From positions 24,864,001 through 24,928,000 of the forward strand of contig NC_045696.1 in the NCBI RefSeq assembly GCF_009834535.1: a stretch of 64,000 bases of DNA. Reading direction: 5' to 3'. Numbering within the stretch: position 1 is the first letter of the stretch; each line of letters begins with the position of its first letter. Source of the DNA: Camelus ferus. Taxonomy: Eukaryota. Below are positions 13,408-25,400 of this stretch, piece by piece. A program made the position numbers and the translations under genes. The notes below the pieces were generated by a model. It was not told where the DNA came from, did not search any database, and was given only the letters and a program-made list of their open reading frames with translations.

Positions 13408-16400
13408 GTATCTATTGGCACTTGGGTTGCTTCAGTGTCATGGCTACTGTACATAGCGCTGCTGTGAATATTGGGGTGCACGTATCTTTTCAAATTAGTG
13501 TTTTCATTTTTTCCAGATATATACTCAGGAGTGGAATTGCTGGATCATATGGTAATTCTATTTTTAGTTTTTTAAGGAACCTCTTTACTGTTTTCCATAG
13601 TGGCTGCACAAATTTACATTCCCACCAACAGTGTTACAGGGGTTCCCTTTTCTTCACATCCTCTCCAACATTTGTTATTTGTAGAATTTTTGATAAATAG
13701 TTCTATGTTAGTCAGTTGAAAACTCAAATTGAAATAAAAAAGGTCTTAACCCCCATAAAACACAAAAATTCTTTTCTTATGGTGTGTATAAATGTGAAAG
13801 GAGAAACAATAAATATGTTATGAGCTTTTTATTTTAAAGTCTTTATAACATAATATTTTTCTGTAGTGTGCATGAAAATCCCTAACCCAAATTGAAAGAT
13901 TAAAATATCTGATTATATTAAAAATGAAAACTTCATTAAAGAACATTTTAAGGAAGCTAACAGAAGCCAAAATAGGAGAAGAGATAAGAAACCACTATAC
14001 ATCAATAGTAAAGGGAAATGTCTATTTAATTAAAAAAAGTCAAGACTTGAACAGACATTTTACAAAAAGGAAATTCCACACAGGCAATGAAAAGTTCTCA
14101 AAAGCTTCTGCAAGCAGAAACATGTCAATTAAAACTCCAGTGAAATACCTCATGCCTCCCAGAATGACTAAAATTAGAAAGCCTCGTGAGACTATTTATT
14201 GGAGACGATGGAGAATAACAGAAATACTCATGTCATTGGTAGGGGTGTAGATTGGTACAACCTCTTTGGCAAGTTATTTAGCATTATTTATTAAAATTGA
14301 AAATACTAATATTCTACAACACAGCAATTCCACTCCTAGGTGTGTGTTTTAAGAATGTTCACAGTATTAATATATATTAACCCCAAATTTGAAACAACAT
14401 ATGTCCACCAACAGGAGAATCGATAAGTAAGTTGTGGTACCTTCATTCAATGAAGTACCATATAACAATGAATGATTACATGAATGACTACATTTACACT
14501 TGACCATGTGGTTTAATATCACAAATATCCTAATAATCAAAAGAAGTCAGATACAAAGGTATGCATGAAATATGAGTCAATTTCTATATATTTCCAAAAT
14601 GGGCTAATCTAAAATATATTGTTTTGGGAGGCATCCTTAGAAGGTAAAGACAAACAATAGCAAAAAAACAAAACAAAACAAAAAATTAAAAGATAGTTCT
14701 TATTTTTATAGGGAAGAAGGAAGCTGGTGGTTGGGTAAGGCACAGCAGGAGTTTCCAGGTGCTATTTCTTGACATGGGTGTGGTAGCTAAGTGGCTATTT
14801 GCTTTAGAATTATTAATTAATCTTTAGTTTTATGTTCTTTCTGCATGTATGTGTTATATTTTACAATAAAAAGAAAATTAAAAAGCTGTATCTGCTCTCC
14901 CCACCCTTTCTGAAACCAAGAGAATGAATGACCTAAGCAGATCAAGCTGCCCTGCCCCTTCCATCTGATAAAAGGGAAATGACATGCCTGAATCAAGGGC
15001 TGCTTGTAAGTTAATAAATATCTTTTGCGTTTTCCTAATTCCTGAGCAGTCTTCTTGGTTTGATTATACTTCAGAGGTAAATGGAAGAAAATGATGGCCC
15101 CAAACCTTAAACCTCCTAGGCTTCGAACTCCATGTTGAGTTCAGCTATGAGGAAATTTAAAGATCTTCAAAATTATTGGACTTTAAAAAATTATATTTAG
15201 GAGACTGTCCTTCCTTCCTAAAATTCTACAAGCTAAATTGATGATGGAATGTGAAGAGGAATTGGTTAGCATACCCTCACCACTGTCACAACTAAGTCAT
15301 ATATTTGCCACACTGGATTCCAGAAAGTTCTAATGAAGTCATCTAAGTTGTCCTGTCTTTCCGTATATGATGAATCCCCTCCCCTCTAATGCACATGCCC
15401 AGAGTTCTCATGCCCTGCTAACACCTCACTAGCTGTCGTCTTGCTCTTATATATACTAGGAATAAATCGAGTCGCTGCATTGTAACCCATACTGTCAGAT
15501 GCAAGTATTTATCTTTGTTGTGTAAATCAATTGCTGATGTCTCTCAAGAGTTCATTATGTTGTAGGCAATTTTTTGTACCCCAAGCCAAAGGGCTGCAAT
15601 TTTACTTGGCAGCAAGATTTTATATCTAATCACAGTCCTGAGTATTCTAATCCTGCTATCCTTTTATTCCTATGGCTTCCCTGGGTTATAGACCTCATAG
15701 TGATAATGCACTCAGAATTTGCCCCTTCCCCAGGGTCTCAAGGCTCTGCAGAAACAGTCGGCCCTCTGTATCTGTGGCTGCGGAACTCATGGGTACAGTG
15801 GGATGACTATGCTGTACCATTTTATATAAGGGACTTGAGTATCCTCGGATTTTGGTGTCCATGTCATGGTAGGGGGAGTGTTGGGGGGGTGGCCTGGAAC
15901 CAATACCAGGGGATACCAATGGATGAATGTATATAGAACCTCTTAAATCAGCTACATGTTTCATGTCACTCTGGTCCAACTTGTTTCAGCTGAAGCATCA
16001 TCTTTCAATTTTTCTAATCTAGCACCAAGTCCTACACATTTTTATCCAGGATAAGAGCAAATCAACACATTTACTTAAAGGGTTCTAAACGACTTGCCTT
16101 CATTTTCTCCAATGCTCCTTCTCACACATTACACTCCAGCTAACCTTCCGCTTGGCTCACTGCCTCACTCACATCCCTCCTGTCTTCACCCAATTCTCCC
16201 CTCCTCAGTGGGCAATTCCCCAGCCAAACTATTTAAAAGTGCAACCTAGAGCCCTTCCTAGGCATTCACTGTCCCTTATTCTACTTAATTTTTCTCTACA
16301 GCACTTACTATCTGACATATTATATTTTTACTTGTTTATTATGTCTTTCTTCCTCTAGAATGTAATTTCCACTACAATAAGGGCTTTTGCTCTATTTTTC

Positions 16401-19400
16401 TTCTTTTTCACTTACATAGTCACAGCACAAAGAACTGTCCTGGGCCCATAATACACTGGTCACAGGTAAAGGTGTAAAATTAATAAAACATGATTTGCAT
16501 AAGGAGTTAATTTGAGGAATCAATACCAGAAGAACTCATATTTTCAAAAAAGCATTTATTTTCAATTCAAATTTTAAGAGTCACTTCAATTGATTTTATA
16601 GGAGACTTTGTTTTATGTAAGTGATGCTTACCTGATTATATTTACTTTGTGATTCTTGGGTGCTTTTCTTTTCAGGTTTAGGCATTAAAGAACCCTTGGG
16701 ACATATAGATTTTTTTCCAAATGGAGGAAAAAGGCAACCTGGCTGTCCTAAATCCATTTTTTCAGGTATAACAATAGCATTTTAGAATAAATTGCATATG
16801 ATTCAAAATAATGAAAGCAAATCAATTTATTTTTCCCCTCTTAACCTGTGGAGAAGATTTTGATCATCATTGCCCATGATTCAAGAGAGCTATTGGTGGA
16901 AAATGGTTTAATTTGATCTTTCTTAGTTCATAAAGGTTACCGGTAGATATCCCATTTGGTTATGGGTGAAACTTATTACATTATAGTTTCAGCAGTTTTA
17001 GTTTGTTTTAAACATTAGGAGAAGTTATAAGTCAATATAGCATATACCATACAGCACAAGTTTGGTTTCAGGATTTAATCTTTACCATTACCATAGTATT
17101 GTACAAACACAGATTTATGAACTCTTTCACTTGGTTACTTTGTACATAAACAGCTGTGCAACTGCCCCAGGCGTGGAATTTGGCTCCCTTTCCCATAGCG
17201 AGAAATGTTCTGAGGTCTACAGTCAACCAGTCAAATAATACATCATTAAAGGCCACTGCAACTAGAGGTTTGGTCCAAGGGACAAGTATATGAGAAATTC
17301 TGAAAGGAAAGAGACACAATAAAGTTTTAATATCACCTGGTTTCATAGTAATCTCTGACACTGAGTAGAAATGTTAGGGGTGGGGGTTAGAAGGGAGAGA
17401 TGTGTACAGTAGTTATTAACTATGGTAGCACTGTGTGTGTCAAATTTGTTGGAATATTGAAATTAAACATTTTTGCTGCGTTAATGATTACTTTAGAAAA
17501 ATTTCTTATACATCTCACGTAAAAGGCATAGTATATTTAAGTTTTCAGTGGTACCATTTGTTTAGTTGCCTGAGATAAAACCGCATTATAGTCAACACTT
17601 TGATATTCATAAAGTGCACAGCTTTAGGTAAAATTTAATCTTTTATTTTTTTCTAATTTACTTGAAGTTGGCCTAATACATCTATTGCTTGATTTTTAAC
17701 ACTTAAGGACTTGAATTTATTAAATGTGACCACCAGAGAGCAGTTTACTTGTTCATGGCAGCTTTGGAAACAGGCTGCAATTTTATTTCATTTCCTTGTT
17801 ATTCATACAAACATTACAAGACTGGTTTGTGCGTGGATTGTGACAACTTTAAGGAAAAATCATGTCCTAAACTAGGTAAGAGAGATTGTTATAATTACTA
17901 AATTCTTTATGGAAAATGAATAAAATAAGTGTGTTAGTATTTTCTGCTGGGAGCTTTCATATTTTCTTGTGAATATATTAATATTTTATGGAATTTTTTC
18001 TATGGAACAGAGAAAATCATTTCCTACTAAATATTTTTCAGATACTTAGTGAGAGTAACTTGATCAGCTGCCTTTCTGTGTTCAGCGTGCTGGGCACATT
18101 TGGTGGTCTCATGATGATCCTTGCTCTGGAAATAAAAAAAGGATCTCACTATTTGTCATCCATCTATATTTCCGCTAAAGAAAGAGACTTGTGCATTCTT
18201 AGTGGTACTGAGGTTTTTTTTGTTTTATAGGAGGTTTTAGGAGCAAGTGAAGAGGTGTAGACCATGGTTAGTTTTTCATTTGCTATTAGTAAGTAGACAT
18301 GAATCATAGGTGGTTCACACCTTCTAAATCAATAAACTTGGTAAGAGCAGTTAAGTATTGCAACTTTTGACAACTAAAGCCTGCCGGTGGGAAATTATAG
18401 AGAAAAAAGAACCCACATAAAACTAGAATGTTAGAGTTGGAATGAATTTCAGAGGCTGTTTATTCAGGGTTTGCCAGAGACAATACCAGACCCCAAGCAT
18501 GTCATGAGCATGTAAACATCTGATCAGCATCATGACAGGCTCTGCCAGAAATGTTTCCAAAACCAAAGAGCCTCCATGAAATGGGTAGCAATTACAAAGT
18601 CTGTATTAAATAGCCTCCCGCAGTTTTCTTTCACAGGAGGTTTATAGGAACATACATAGAGAATTGCAAGGAGAGGTAGGCAGTATGCAGGCTTTGCCAG
18701 ACTTATTTCCTCATAGACCCCTTCTGTCCACAAAATACCTAATGGGGATTAGTTTTCTTCAGACCTCATGCTGGGGATTTTTTTTTTCGGTCCTGTTGCT
18801 TTTTTATAAAAGAGAAAATTGTGACCCAGTGTGAACATATGGATTGCTTAAGGGCACAAGTGAGAACTTCTGAATTTCCAATGCAGTATTCTTTCTCTAC
18901 ATTCAGTTCTTGAATTTGGAGGTAGCAATGTGGAAATAGACACACATATGAAGTAGGAAGCATCTTAAAAATAACTGTTTGTATAATACAAATTCTATAT
19001 GTACAAATAATGTTTGTATCTGAAATATATATATATTATACACACACTATATAATGTATATGGATGCTATCTCTACTATTATATTGTATCTATAATATAC
19101 ACATATACATATTGTATCTGTATGAATGTATATATAGGAGAATTGGGTGTTGTGCTCATGGAGCTAAATTTTATGCTCAAGTTTTATCCAATCAATTTAT
19201 TCTCCTGCATTTATCAAAAAATAATCTCAAGTAAAATTCTGAATTTATAATATAATAGTAAAACCTTCTACAAATGGACTTTAACAATATGGAGTATGCT
19301 AAGTAAGTTCTGATAAGATTTCCATGGAATAGATTTATTTGTAAATCTTGACTTTACAAGTTGTAATTAAAATACATCAAATTTGAAATTATTTGAAAAT

Positions 19401-22400
19401 GATTTTTCAGTTAAAAAATCCACAAATTAAAATTATTATAATACACTGATCCTTTAGTTCTTTTAGTGATTTTATATTTCTGTATGCTATTTGAAGTCCA
19501 ACTACTAATGTTCTATTTCTCAAATCTTAGGTTATCAAACTGAGCTATGGAAAGATGATTTAAAAGAAAGAATAGAAAACAGATCTCTCAGGACGACTGT
19601 GTTTTTGGATACTACTGACACAAATCCTTTCTGTAGTAAGTTAACATTTTGAACAAATAACCAATGATTAGTTTTATATACTAATTTATATTTTTATCCA
19701 AAATCCAAATTTCATCTTGCACTTTCAAGGAACTTTAAAGTTTGTTACAGCCAGTTGTATAAATTCAAATAAGAACTTGATTTTTAAATAAAATAAGTGT
19801 ATGCTTTGGGTAATATTTTTCCAAAAACACAAACAAGGTCTTTGGTCCCCCGCCCAATTTGCATGATTATCTTTCCCACATTTAGAGTTGTGTCAGCATG
19901 AAAGGATACAGAGTTTAAGACATCTATCTATATTATTACTATGCTTTCAGAGCTGAAACTAAATTGTATAAATACAAAAATGTGCAAGTATATAATATTC
20001 CTAATGTATTTAGACAAGAGGAGAAAATTTGAAGAACAGGAGAGAATATCTTAGAAATGTTTTAATAGATTTATGAGGAGCTATTAAAAAAGTAAAATTA
20101 TTCTGTTTAGAGATGGAAACCTTGAAGAGGTTTATAAATAAAAGTAAATCCTATAAATGAGGAATATTGTGAAATAAGTTTCCAGTCACTGCCATTGATC
20201 TTAGTTACTGGGGAATAAATATTTAAAATAGATTCTTATATTTTAAAATATTTTAGGTCATTTATTGTTAATGTTTTACAATCAGAGTTGCTTCAGTTTT
20301 GAGATATTTTTTAAACATTTTTTAAATTGAAGTATAATCAGTTACAATGTGTCAATTTCTGGTGTACAGCACAATGTCCCTGTCATGTATATACATGTAT
20401 ATGCATATATACTTATATATGCATATAAATGTCCTGTCATTTAGAAATGGACCCATCCATTTTTAAAATTAATTTTTTTATTGAATTAAATTTATTGTGA
20501 TGCTTTACTGAGGTTTTAATTTTTGTTGACCTAACGGCTTATGATATTGCATTGCTTTTCTGTATATCCTCTCTGGTGAAATGGGTGTTTGTGTCTTTTA
20601 CTCATTTTCCAATTGGATTTTTTAAACTGTTGACTTTTGAGGGTTTTTCATATGCTTTTGTAGTAGTCCTTGTTTCCCTTGCTGAAGATTTGGTTTATCA
20701 TATTTACCTTAGATGTGCTATTGATAAGGAAAAAATGTTTAATTGACCTAAATTCTGATATTTTTTTGGCTTGTAGACCAGCTGGTATTTACTATTTATT
20801 TGACCAGCACTTCACCATACACATGACTGTATGGGAGGCTTTTTCATTCCTCATTTTCAAGGCTAGGTAAAAATTAACAAGAGGTAAAATATATTACTTA
20901 TGTGCTAAATGAGTGCCTGTCAATATTATTTGCAGATATAATGTGTGCCTATATTATATAAATATAAATTTACATGCATATCTGCAGCAAAACAAAAGTT
21001 TAAAAATAACATGAATTGCAGCCTATATTTTTGTTTTGTAGCCTATTACTTTGTCCTCAGTATAATTGTTCTGGATAAAACTATGAAGGATGGCTATGTT
21101 ACATTTAAATTATTAAATCAGCTTGGAATGGTCGAAGAGCCAAGGCTCTATGAGTAAGTATAATTTAGTATGTTTTCTTGAGCATTCACTTTGGAAGATA
21201 ATACAAATAGTGTAAATTTTCAATGCAGTGAGGCTTAAATCATTAAATATTAAAGGGATGTCTGGTGTCATCTTCTAATTCATTAATTCTATGGAGGAAG
21301 ACTCTGAATATGAAAGAATACATAACTTGTTTATGTTATACATCTAGCTACTACAAGAGTTAGAAGAGAAGAAACTTTCTATTTCTTCTTTTAACTCTTA
21401 TTCCAGTGTTCTTCCCCTTAAACCACCTTGTCTTTTAATTTTCTCTAGTTTTCAGGCAATGTCATGTTTACAGTGATGTGAATAAATGTCTAGTGACTTC
21501 TGTCAATAGCATGGTCTAATTTCAGTATTTCAATTCCAGCCACAAATCTCTCAAATAATAGGAGAGGGTTTTGTTTTTTCCTTAATAATCTATTTAACTT
21601 TTTATTTATACATCTGTAGGTACATATACATGTTTTTAAAGCTTTCTAATCATCTAAAGGAATGTTCTCAGTTTGAGTCTGTTGAATGTACATTTGTGTG
21701 CTTAGTAAATTCTCAAACTAGGGTATTCATTTTCTCTTAAAGAAAACTATGATATAAAGGTGCATATTAATATTAAAATTGTGCTTTCCAATCTGCTGTA
21801 CTAAACTTCTAGAAATTCATTAAATAATGTGACTGTTTTCAAAAGACTCTCAGGTACCACACACGTTAAGTGATGAAACATAAACTTTGTTTTACTGTGA
21901 TTGGACTTAAAACAATTTGATTCTGATTTTGGTTACTGATGACATCACTAGAATTTCAGGAGGAACAGTTGGTATATTGAACATTTACTGTTGTCAAAGT
22001 TTAGGTAGTTACAGTACCTGAACTGACTAAATCAAATGTGTGCTATACCTTGGACTTGAGTATATTGTGCCATTCAGATTTATTCAATCATTGACAGTGA
22101 ACCACTGGCACATTACTATCACAGACAATGACATGATGTATTTAATTTTACAGTATTATTATAAACCTTTAATTAAAATCTAAAATAACATTAAAATCTA
22201 AAAAATATTTATAGCTCATAATACATGAAGTCTGTTTTGTAGTTAAATCTTTAAAACCTTGGAATCCACAAAGAAAATAATAAAAAAAACTATATGTATA
22301 TGGGGTTATGTAGCCCAGTGGTAGAGCATGTGCTTAGCATCCACAAGGTCTAGAGTTCAATCCCCAATGCCTCCATTAATAAATGAATGAATGAATGAAT

Positions 22401-25400
22401 GAATGAATGAATAAATAAATAAATAACAAAAGTATCTGGTGTCACCTTGTTTAAAAAAAGTATGTGATGGCAAACTATTGAGAACCTCTGTACTGAAGTA
22501 ACATAAAAACTATTTTATTGTGGAGTATCATGGTCATCCTGGGAAGTAATATTCTGGGTTATAAGTCAGGCAACATTTATATAAACATATTTCTAATACT
22601 AGATTCTATAGATTTAATTTTCTTAAAAATAACAAAGGCATTGCAGATAATTTAATAATGGATAGAGCTGGTAATGAGTGAGCAGAAATTATTCTTATTT
22701 TTTTCACCTTTGTCAACTTCCCTTCAGTCAAAGAAGATAAAATAAATCAAACCAGGATTTAAATCCAAAATCTTCACTTATATCAAGGCTTATCTTATAT
22801 TGAGAGAAGGCTTTAAGTTCTTTCCACCTAATTTTAAGCACTGATAGCATATTATAATAATTAATAATATCATTCCATAATAGTTTATTGCCTAAAATTT
22901 ATATATATTATATATGCCAATGCACAAATATATGTGTGATTCATTATTTATTCTTACCAGACATATGCTTTGTTAGCTTCTGAATCCACTTATTCAACAA
23001 ATGTTATTTAGCACCAGCCAAAAGTATTCAGCATTTCATTAAATAATGGGGATCAAAACTGAAATAGCAATGCTACTGTTCTCAAGGAGGTCACAGAACA
23101 CTGGAGGAGACTAATGCATAATTAACAGCACTGAGTAATAAATTTCATAGTAGCAGAACACTTATTTGCAGTAGGAGTACAATGGAAGAAGCAAGGAAGC
23201 ATTTGAAAGGGAGATATTGCAGTCAGGAAACAGGGAGGGTGCTTTAAGAGGCATGGAGAGAGGAAAGTGCCCAAGTTCTGTAATAGTGCACAGACTGCAA
23301 ACCTGGAGTAGTTGTTTCAAACTTGTTCAGAAGGCAGAAAGTTGAGTCTTGATTTCCTTTACAAAACATCATGTTCTATGCAGAACACTATGAAATACTG
23401 ATGCATTTTATTCAAACACTTGATTAGTGCATTTCTTATGAAGACATATAAAATATGAAACCCACACACATGGTAAATCAGTCCATTGATTTACCCATGG
23501 TAAATCTGAGTCTGGCCAATGGCTTTATTGTTTTTCTATTCAAGGTTTGCAGATACTAACTATTATATATAAAATAAACAATAAGTTTATACTGTATAGC
23601 ACAGGGAACTACATTCAGTAATATATAGTAACATATAATGAAAAATAATATGAAAACTAATATATGTATGTATATGTATGACTGAATTATTATGCTGTAC
23701 ACCAGAAACTGACACAACATTGTAAGCTGGCTATACTTCAATAAAAAAAAGGAAAAAAATAATTATTTGCTAATAAATTTAGTCATGCTTTGGGATTTTA
23801 ACTATTTTAGATGCTAGGGAAGTCAAGAGACTTTCAAATGATCTTCATTTTCCTTTTCAAAATGAAAATATGAATATTTGCTTGCGGTAGAAAATGTATT
23901 GTATTATATAGTGGAAAATGAGAAACATCTATAATTACATCATCGAGGGATATTCACATTTATCATTTGATTTTTAGCCATTCCTCTTCCTCCTCCTCCT
24001 TCCCTTCCACCTCTATCTCCTCCTTTTCATCCTCTTTCTTCTTCTTGTACATGCTCCTATGCATGCACACATCATTTTCTGTTTATCAAAAGTGGTGTAT
24101 TTTGGCAAATGTTCTGCATTCTGATTTTTATACTGAATGCTATAGTGTTATCATTTTCTATGTCACTAAAAACCACTTACATATCCTAATATGATGCCAA
24201 ATATATTGATATGCCAATATAGGATTTTAAACAGAAGGTGTCAGTATTGTATATTCAGGTTAGAATGACTCCCCACATGGATGAGTAATGAGGATATTAG
24301 TGTGGAACAAGTCCAGAAAGGTGGCCTTTGTAATAATTTACATGAAAGTTAACAGGGGCCTGGATCAAGTGGAAGTGGGTTTTTGGAATTTAGAATAGAT
24401 TTGTTTTTATGATAATTAAACACGTGAAAGTGAAGAGGAAAAAAACAATTTGGAGTGACTTTGAGTTTGGTGACTATTTAAATTATGATGCCATTCACTG
24501 AGCTAGGAGATATGGAGAGGAGTCACTTTGATCATTCAATAAAATTTCTTGAACTGTACTAGAAAGTAAGGACAACATTTAAGACATATTAGACTTCTGT
24601 CCTTACATAATTTTAGTCTAGTGAGCAGAAAAGCTTTACAAATACATAATACAAATAAACTGATGACGTTCATCATTCCTGCACTCAAACAATTTTTAAT
24701 GAGTATCTACATTGAGCTAGGCACTGTGGTAAGTGCTTAATATACTGTAATGAGAAAAACGGACATGGTCCTACCCTCATTAATCTGACAGTCTCATGAA
24801 GGATATAAAAGTAATCAAACAATTATAAAAACAAATAAATAAAATATGTCTGTGAAAAATGTCTTGAGGTAAATTATGGTATGTATGGGAACATAAAATA
24901 GGGGATGAGATATGGTTAGTGGGGTCACTAAAACTTTCTCTAAGGGCTTTTTAGATTACCTGAGACCAGAATGAGGTGCAGGAATTAGTCTGCTCTGCTG
25001 CATTCCAGGCAGAGGAGCTAACAAAGGCACAACTCTAGAAGCAGGAGGTAACATAGCCCATTTCAGGAACTGAAGGAAGTTTATTATGTCAAGGATAGAG
25101 GCAGGGAAAGAAAGAGAATGAGAGAGGTAGAGAGCACCTAGATTTTGTAGGAATTAGAACTTGTAGGACATGTTCCAGGATTTTTATTTTATTCACTGGG
25201 CAAATAAAAACCAATAAAATGTTTTACTTGGGGCAGTCTGGTTGGGGCCAGGTTTGGATTTTTATTTTGGAAAGGCCATTTGACCACAGTGGATGGGAGA
25301 GGGAAAAGACAGGATGCTATTACAAGAATAAAGGCAAGGAACGATGGTACCCTGAGATAAAGCGTGTGCAGTGGAGATAAATGAGGATGATTTCAAAGAA

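Larger units (their letters stand above)
10775..14885 (+). mobile_element. Long decayed L1M element (ORF2 to 3'UTR), interrupted by a younger antisense L1
   Basis: A-rich ORF2-like motifs in order (gatctaatagacatttataaaacatt, gatgcagaaaaagcttt, cagatatcaagcctatt, gtacaacctctttgg, cagcaattccactcctagg), ending ttttacaataaaaagaaaattaaaaa at about 14885. Confidence 0.8.

Noticed and set aside
13272..13700. 142-aa ORF
   Set aside because: It is antisense L1 plus a stop-free microsatellite (YLSI repeats).
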